64,000 nucleotides of DNA. Origin: Candidatus Krumholzibacteriota bacterium. GTDB taxonomy: Bacteria > Krumholzibacteriota > Krumholzibacteriia > LZORAL124-64-63. Numbering within the stretch: position 1 is the stretch's first letter; every line of letters starts with the position of its first letter. Under the pieces are notes generated by a model. That model had not been told where the DNA came from. It saw only the letters and a program-made list of their open reading frames with translations, and searched no databases. A program made the translations under genes and the position numbers. The DNA lies in NCBI GenBank assembly GCA_024275485.1, contig JAJRZA010000028.1, positions 9,359 through 73,358 on the forward strand, in the 5' to 3' direction. Shown here piece by piece: positions 58,587 to 64,000 of this stretch.

Positions 58587-59741
58587 CTAATCGTTCATTC
58601 GTTTAGGTTGTTGTCCCGCAGCTGGTGAGGAACTTTGGCTATTGATTGACTTCGGAGCGGAGCGTTCAGTTTCCAGCCCCAGAAGATCGCGGGTCTGCAA
58701 TTGTGCATCCTTATTCTTCACTACGTCTTCGAACAGCTTTTCGAAGGTCATGTTTCCCCAGCGAACGGCCCGGTCCAATAAGGGGGGAACCGGGCTGTGG
58801 GGTTCGGATCGGCGCAGGTACTCAGCCACTTCCCGCAACTTGCGGTAGGCTTCGTCCCTGGATGAAATGGGACCGCCGCTACCGGCTGCCACCGGCGCCA
58901 GGGGCGTTGCCTGGTTCCCGGGCAATGCATCGGGTTGGGACGCCGCAGAATCGGCAAGCCCCGCCCCGGCGGAGGAGGACTGAAACTGACTCATGTATTG
59001 GTGGATTTCTTCCAACAGATTTCGCAAATCCAGGAGGTAGGGCGAGTCTTCCTTGAAATATTCTTCACACGTTTTATTCAACTCCTCCAACTCGGTCAGA
59101 CTGTCGGTCAATCCGGTCAGCACGGTTTCCATGCGTTCTGGTGGAGTGCCGCCCAGGGATCCTCGCCACTGCTCCCCAGTGATGAATCCAGCAGCCAACA
59201 ACTCCTGCATGGGCCCCTGGTCGGCCATGATGGCCGTTTTGTCTACCCGTTGGGACTGCTCATAATCGAACCAGCTGTGGGCAGCAGCCCCGATGGGGGC
59301 GGACAAGGGAATCCGTTTGACAGCCAACAGGAAGTCCTTTGAAGAACCCAACCAGGACAAGGGTCGAGCCCGGATGGGTTCAATGATCTCTCCTTCATCC
59401 CAGCCGGGATGCACTGTTTCCCAGAAACCGGAAATCATTCCCTTGACTAGACGAAGCCCCGTCAAGAGACCGGAGAATCCTTCCTGCACAACCAAGCCCT
59501 GGGTCAAGATGGCGGCCAGTTCCAAATCCTTGGTGCTCCCGATGAGGGCTTCCTCAGCGAGTTTTACCACCCCGGGCCAGTCGGCACTCTTGGAAGCCCC
59601 GCCCGGGTCAATGGCTGGATCAATCTCCTGACGCATTTCTTCAAGCTGGGCAAAAGTGGTGTCCGAGGAGTCCAATCGTAGATCATCACCGGAAGGTTCT
59701 TCCGGCCCGATGGGTTGCATCAAGGCGTCGAAATTTACCAT
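58587..59741 (-). CDS. tssA: T6SS TssA (ImpA N-terminal domain protein)
   Basis: FDALMQPIGPEEPSGDDLRLDSSDTTF...LLTGLRLVKGMISGFWETVHP pattern of ImpA_N. Start taken at MVNFDAL (ORF-track start 59876 is upstream). Confidence 0.75.
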   Translation of the reverse strand: MVNFDALMQPIGPEEPSGDDLRLDSSDTTFAQLEEMRQEIDPAIDPGGASKSADWPGVVKLAEEALIGSTKDLELAAILTQGLVVQEGFSGLLTGLRLVKGMISGFWETVHPGWDEGEIIEPIRARPLSWLGSSKDFLLAVKRIPLSAPIGAAAHSWFDYEQSQRVDKTAIMADQGPMQELLAAGFITGEQWRGSLGGTPPERMETVLTGLTDSLTELEELNKTCEEYFKEDSPYLLDLRNLLEEIHQYMSQFQSSSAGAGLADSAASQPDALPGNQATPLAPVAAGSGGPISSRDEAYRKLREVAEYLRRSEPHSPVPPLLDRAVRWGNMTFEKLFEDVVKNKDAQLQTRDLLGLETERSAPKSINSQSSSPAAGQQPKRMND

Positions 59742-60001
59742 TGCAGCACAAGCCTCCCCCGTATTCATATGACAGCTGCCCTGGTGGTCAGGGCTTGGGA
59801 AAAAGAAAGGCACAAACTTGTAATCGCGCAACAGTTTACAAGATGGCCACTCCCCTATTTCCAAATAGTTTTGCATACTATCCTAAACGATTGCTAATAG
59901 TATTTTTTGCATAAATAGAGGAAAACATCCTCTCACCTAATGTTTTTGGCCTTATTTTTAACCTTTAGTGTCGAAAAATTAGGATTGGAATAATTGTTTC
60001 C
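59742..60001 (-). promoter_or_regulatory. AT-rich leader/promoter region of the T6SS structural operon with two TTGCATA direct repeats
   Basis: About 260 bp non-coding AT-rich segment immediately upstream of tssA in otherwise GC-rich DNA. No convincing sigma-54 -24/-12 element. Confidence 0.35.
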
Positions 60002-60022
60002 GGGTCCGAAGGCCAGGGACCC
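60002..60022 (-). terminator. Hairpin GGGTCC-N9-GGACCC followed by an A/T-rich tract. Possible terminator after the upstream ftsY-lipoprotein gene string
   Basis: Inverted repeat read directly. Confidence 0.35.
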
Positions 60023-60136
60023 TTAATTCAGTACAGTCTTGAGTCTGATATTCAAAACACATTCAGATCAGGTGTGATCCCAGGTACACTCTGAAGAAAT
60101 GAATTGATGCCAAGTAGAAAACGCCGGCATTGAAAA

Positions 60137-60811
60137 TTACCGACAAAGAAAATAGACATCTTCAATTTTCACGCAATCGATCTTGTCCTGCCAATCGTCC
60201 CTTCCAGTTTCACTGCCCGGAACCAGAGTGACTTTCACTGACCGTTCTCCAGTTTCAACAATCATTCCATCAAGTGTGGCCCATCCTTTCATGACATGGA
60301 TCTCCTGCATCTTCTTCTCCACAATGCGGTACCCATCGTCCTCGGGAGTGACATCGAAAAATCTGTGTTGACCCGTATCCCAGTGTCCCACCATTCGGTC
60401 GGCAGGACGCTCCGACGCAGCACGATAGTACACGAGCCCATCGGCATCAGGTTTTGCAATGGGAACAAGAACCAATTGTTCGGTGGTCAGAACCTTGATG
60501 ACCAGCTGATCAATTTCAGGCCCGGGATACCGCTCAGTATGACTGGAAATATTCAACCCTGCCTCACCGACTCGTTGCCAACGATCCCCTTTGATGGTGA
60601 ACATGTTCAAGTAGTGAACCCGACCATCGGCATCGAATTGCAACCCATCAAAGCCATTGGTCCCGGCGATGGCTTTCAGCCACACACCGATCAAAAGGTC
60701 CGTCGGTTCTTCAGCAACCGTTTCACCAGCCGCAGATTTTCCCCCGCCACAAACAGCCGACAAGACCAGCCAAACCAGAAAGCAACCCTTTACCGTGTTG
60801 AACCATGTCAT
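60137..60811 (-). CDS. Hypothetical lipoprotein
   Basis: Signal peptide with lipobox LSAVCGG. No recognisable family. Confidence 0.5.
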   Translation of the reverse strand: MTWFNTVKGCFLVWLVLSAVCGGGKSAAGETVAEEPTDLLIGVWLKAIAGTNGFDGLQFDADGRVHYLNMFTIKGDRWQRVGEAGLNISSHTERYPGPEIDQLVIKVLTTEQLVLVPIAKPDADGLVYYRAASERPADRMVGHWDTGQHRFFDVTPEDDGYRIVEKKMQEIHVMKGWATLDGMIVETGERSVKVTLVPGSETGRDDWQDKIDCVKIEDVYFLCR

Positions 60812-62139
60812 CTTTTTTTCCCTTGAATGTAAACAGGATCAGCAACCGGCATTACTGCAGCCTTCAATCTCTTGGCGGCCACCAGATAAAAACTCCTGGC
60901 CGGAACCCGGGCAAAACCCAGCTTGATATCAAACAAGGGTTCACCCAACAAAAAATTCCTGTGGTTCATCACGGTGGCCACAGAGGATCCCTTTTCGATC
61001 TGAATCAGCCGTCGATGCGAACTGCTCAGGTTGATGGGCGGGTCATTGCCTTTGGCTGCAAAATGAATCAGGTCGAAGATGGCGTCGTCCCAAACCAACG
61101 GTTCGTCCTCGGTGTCAAGAAAATGCTTTTGGATGCGGCCGGCCAGGTGGGTGTCGAATCCACCCCAGGTAAGGTCCAGAAGATACTTGTCGTAGGTATC
61201 GATGGCGTCCATCAGAAAGGCTCCGAACATTGCGCTGAGGCCATACTTGGCTCCGACATAGATGATGGCCATATCGTCACAAATACCATCGCCGAACTGG
61301 CGTCGAAAATAGGCCTGGTCGTATTCCGGAAAAGCATATTTTTCATGCTGGTTGCGGCAGATGACACCAATGTCCCGCAAAGTCCGCATCTGCTGATCGG
61401 TAAAAACGGTGGCTCCGGTATCGCCGAGGCCTACCATTTCAAAGTTGGCCGCATCCACAAGCACAATGTCGCCGCCGCCCATATGAAACGGCATGCTGGA
61501 AAAAGTCTGTTTGTGATGGCGCATGGCGTTTTCCCGGTAGGACCAGTCGTCCATAAAACCTGCCAGCACCATACCGGTCAGGAACTCGCGCGTATTGACT
61601 TTTTGGCCGGCTAGAAAATCGATGCCGAAAACCGGGTTGCCATCGGGATCCAATTCCAACTCGGCATCGTCGATATGCTGTAGAACCCAGTCGTGGAAAC
61701 GCCGCAACATTTCACCCCGGCGGTGCCGCACCTGGTGGGCCTTCAGGTTGGCATCGGCACCTTCGAGCACGGTGAGAATACGTTCGAAAGTAGCGTCGGG
61801 AAAACAGAGCGGCGTACCATAATCATCAGTGAAATATCCGTGGCCGTTCATGGCCCGGCCCACCACCGACTGGGGCAGGAGGTCCGCCAAGGTGCGCTGT
61901 CCGGCAGCAAATGGCTGGCTCATCAGGAAATCGAAATCCAGGGTGACCAGGCCTTCAAAGAGTTCACGGTCCCGCACAACGCTGAGAGTGCGCCGACCCT
62001 GCCAGGGTTGGTTGGAACTTTGATCAGCGCGTCTGTGGCGACGCTGATCCCGGTTCTGATCGGGGCCGTATTTGAACTGATCCAGCAGAGTATTCACCCG
62101 GCGGACACTTGTTTTTTTCCGTCCTCGCCTCCTGCGCAC
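60808..62139 (-). CDS. Hypothetical protein with strongly Arg/Lys-rich N-terminus (RRRRGRKK...RDQRRHRR)
   Basis: ORF-track start (62325) overlaps ftsY. GTG at about 62139 after GGAG is the first start downstream of the ftsY stop. Family not recognised. Confidence 0.4.
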   Translation of the reverse strand: MRRRRGRKKTSVRRVNTLLDQFKYGPDQNRDQRRHRRADQSSNQPWQGRRTLSVVRDRELFEGLVTLDFDFLMSQPFAAGQRTLADLLPQSVVGRAMNGHGYFTDDYGTPLCFPDATFERILTVLEGADANLKAHQVRHRRGEMLRRFHDWVLQHIDDAELELDPDGNPVFGIDFLAGQKVNTREFLTGMVLAGFMDDWSYRENAMRHHKQTFSSMPFHMGGGDIVLVDAANFEMVGLGDTGATVFTDQQMRTLRDIGVICRNQHEKYAFPEYDQAYFRRQFGDGICDDMAIIYVGAKYGLSAMFGAFLMDAIDTYDKYLLDLTWGGFDTHLAGRIQKHFLDTEDEPLVWDDAIFDLIHFAAKGNDPPINLSSSHRRLIQIEKGSSVATVMNHRNFLLGEPLFDIKLGFARVPARSFYLVAAKRLKAAVMPVADPVYIQGKKR

Positions 62140-62152
62140 TGGTTCTCCAACC

Positions 62153-63205
62153 TTACCCTTCTTCGATTCCCTCGCCGCTTTTCCAGTCGGCGAACAAGGC
62201 GGTGACAAAGTTTTCGGCATCGAAGACATCCAGATCATCGGCTGTTTCACCCATGCCCACATACTCCACCGGCAACCCGAGCTTTTCAGCAATAGCCACC
62301 ACGATGCCTCCCTTGCTGGTACCATCGAGCTTGGTCAGGATCAAACCCTGCACCGGAATGGTCTCGGCAAAGACCTTGGCCTGGACCAATCCATTCTGGC
62401 CCATGGTCCCGTCAACCACCAACAGGGTCTCTGGATCCTTGCCGGTTTTGCGGCGGATAACCCGGGCCACCTTGCCCAACTCGTCCATCAGATTGCTTTT
62501 GGTGTGCAAACGGCCCGCCGTATCTACCAGCACGATGTCCGTGCCCCTGCTTTCAGCCGCACTCAGGGCGTCGAAAACCACGGCAGCAGGATCGGCCCCC
62601 GCTCCCTGCCGGATGCATTCCACACCCAGGCGCCCGGCCCATACTTCGAGTTGCTCCACGGAGGCAGCACGGAAAGTATCCCCTGCGGCCAGCAGAACTG
62701 TTTTGCCTTCCTTCCGGAACAGGTTGGCAAGCTTGGCGATGCTGGTGGTCTTGCCGGTTCCGTTGACGCCCACGACGAAAATGACCCGGGGAGTGTGGTT
62801 CTCTTCACTAGCCATTGGTACCTCGGCAGGTGTTTCATGCTTTTTCCCGCCTTTTTTCTTTTTCTTCTTCTTGCCACCCTGGTTTTCATCTTCATCCCAG
62901 GTCAGAGGACGAATTTTTGGTTTGGCGGTGGTCAATATCTACGAAACATCGCCCCTGATGACTTCAAGCACGCTTTCGAGAGTGGCTTCGCCGCCTTCCT
63001 CTTTCAGACGCTTCTCAATATTCCTGGTGATGGCCACTGCCGACTCGACACCCATATCCGCGGAAATCAACAATTCTTCGATCTTTTCCAGGGTATCGTC
63101 ATCCAAACTGATGCGGTTGCCGAAAATACTTTGCAGCTTGCCGACCACATTGTTGCGGCTCTTGCTCAGTCCCTTGCGAAACCGGTTCAGGGCTCCTTTG
63201 ATCAC
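62153..63205 (-). CDS. ftsY: Signal recognition particle receptor FtsY (N and G domains) interrupted by one in-frame TAG at 62939-62941. Possible pseudogene, split gene or sequencing error
   Basis: N-domain ORF 62939-63205 (LLISADMGVESAV...) and G-domain ORF 62153-62935 (VIFVVGVNGTGKTT, DTAGR, TKLDGT) are in the same frame. They are separated by a TAG next to a Lys-rich insertion (GGKKKKKKKGGKK). Confidence 0.7.
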
Positions 63206-64000
63206 TCGCTGGCCTCCATGATTTCGTCCGGTTCATCGGGATTGAAATTGTTGTCCGAATCACCGGTTTCTTCACCCTCAGCTTTTTGGCTGGGTTCATC
63301 CACGGGATCCATCCCTTCAAAGACCAGCCTCTCCTGCGGATTGTTCATCCGCTCCTCGGCTAGGCGCGCATCTTCGGATGAGTCGATAACCAAACGCTTT
63401 TTGGCGATGACGTTGCCCAGCTCATGATCGTTCCGGGTGGCCGCCACATCGTGGAAACTGACCGAGACAATGTTGCTGCATCCGGGCTCCATCATGGTCA
63501 CGCCGTAAAGGTGATTGGCCGTCTCCATGGTCAGCTTGTTGTGGGTTATGACCAGGAACTGGGTATTCCGGCTGAACTCGCGCAGCATGTTGACGAAGCG
63601 GCCGATGTTGATGTCATCCAAGGGAGCGTCAGCCTCATCCAATACGCAGAAAGGCGATGGCTTAACCAGGTACACCGCGAAAAGCAGCGAAAGGGCTGTC
63701 AAACAACGTTCGCCACCAGAAAGCAGGCTCACCGTGTCGATAACCTTGCCGGTGGGCTGAGCGGTGATTTTCAGATTGCTGTCCAACGGATCGTCGGTCT
63801 TCAGCAACTTCAGGTCTGCCCGACCACCCTTGAACAGGGTCTGGAAAACAGCAATGTAATTGCGCCTGACCTCTTCAAAGGTTTGCACGAAACGTTTTTT
63901 GGCCGTGCGGTTGATCTCAGTGATGGCCTGAATCAGATCGTCCCTGGCCTTTTCAACATCGTCACGCTGACCTTCCAGAAAATCCAGACGCTCTTTTTTG
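63202..64000 (-). CDS. smc: Chromosome segregation protein SMC, C-terminal part (5' end beyond window)
   Basis: LSGGE ABC signature and Walker B (FCVLDEADAPLDD), Q-loop region. Coiled-coil continues in frame to the window edge. Confidence 0.8.
   Translation of the reverse strand, partial: KKERLDFLEGQRDDVEKARDDLIQAITEINRTAKKRFVQTFEEVRRNYIAVFQTLFKGGRADLKLLKTDDPLDSNLKITAQPTGKVIDTVSLLSGGERCLTALSLLFAVYLVKPSPFCVLDEADAPLDDINIGRFVNMLREFSRNTQFLVITHNKLTMETANHLYGVTMMEPGCSNIVSVSFHDVAATRNDHELGNVIAKKRLVIDSSEDARLAEERMNNPQERLVFEGMDPVDEPSQKAEGEETGDSDNNFNPDEPDEIMEASE

Noticed and set aside
59742-59900. Sigma-54 -24/-12 promoter upstream of tssA
   Set aside because: The only TGGC..TTGC pair (TGGCCATCTTGTAAACTGTTGC on the minus strand) has wrong spacing (17 nt instead of 10).

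Overview
High-GC bacterial chromosomal window of 64 kb. The likely source is an FCB-group or candidate-phylum lineage, because one gene carries a T9SS-type C-terminal sorting domain. There are four blocks.

(1) 1-13.8 kb is an envelope glycosylation cluster on the minus strand. It encodes a GT2 domain fused to a polyprenyl glycosylphosphotransferase, a Dpm1-like polyprenol-phosphate mannose synthase, a YfhO-like transferase, a GT2, a GtrB/ArnC-like transferase, an NAD-dependent epimerase, a DUF2723 (TMEM260/PMT-like) protein with TPR repeats, a flippase-like protein, a GT4 and a methyltransferase. It is followed by nusB carrying a C-terminal QDAPT tandem repeat.

(2) 14.5-24.3 kb holds housekeeping genes: ahcY, a PPP-family phosphatase, a hypothetical gene translationally coupled to an HD-GYP gene, and a ribD-ribE-ribBA-ribH operon preceded by a recognisable FMN riboswitch.

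(3) 24.4-59.7 kb is a complete type VI secretion system (T6SSi) of about 35 kb. All but two of its genes are on the minus strand. It encodes tssA, tssB, tssC, hcp, tagJ, tssE, tssF, tssG, clpV, vgrG, tssJ, tssK, tssL and tssM. It also has a PpkA/PppA threonine-phosphorylation module with three FHA proteins, one of which is an FHA-FHA-TM-lytic transglycosylase fusion. A 1198-aa secreted beta-propeller protein with a T9SS C-terminal domain sits inside the locus. The distal cargo module comprises DUF2169, a catalytically dead beta-ketoacyl-synthase-fold protein and a DUF4150 PAAR-like protein. Two plus-strand genes converge on it: a mini gp5/VgrG-like OB-fold protein and a HEAT-repeat protein.

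(4) 59.9-64 kb holds a lipoprotein, a hypothetical protein with an Arg-rich N-terminus, ftsY interrupted by an in-frame TAG next to a poly-Lys insertion, and the 3' part of smc.

The ORF track shows many long plus-strand ORFs that are antisense artefacts of high GC. Two partial genes run off the window edges and are not in the track. All family assignments come from reading motifs by eye and need HMM or BLAST confirmation.
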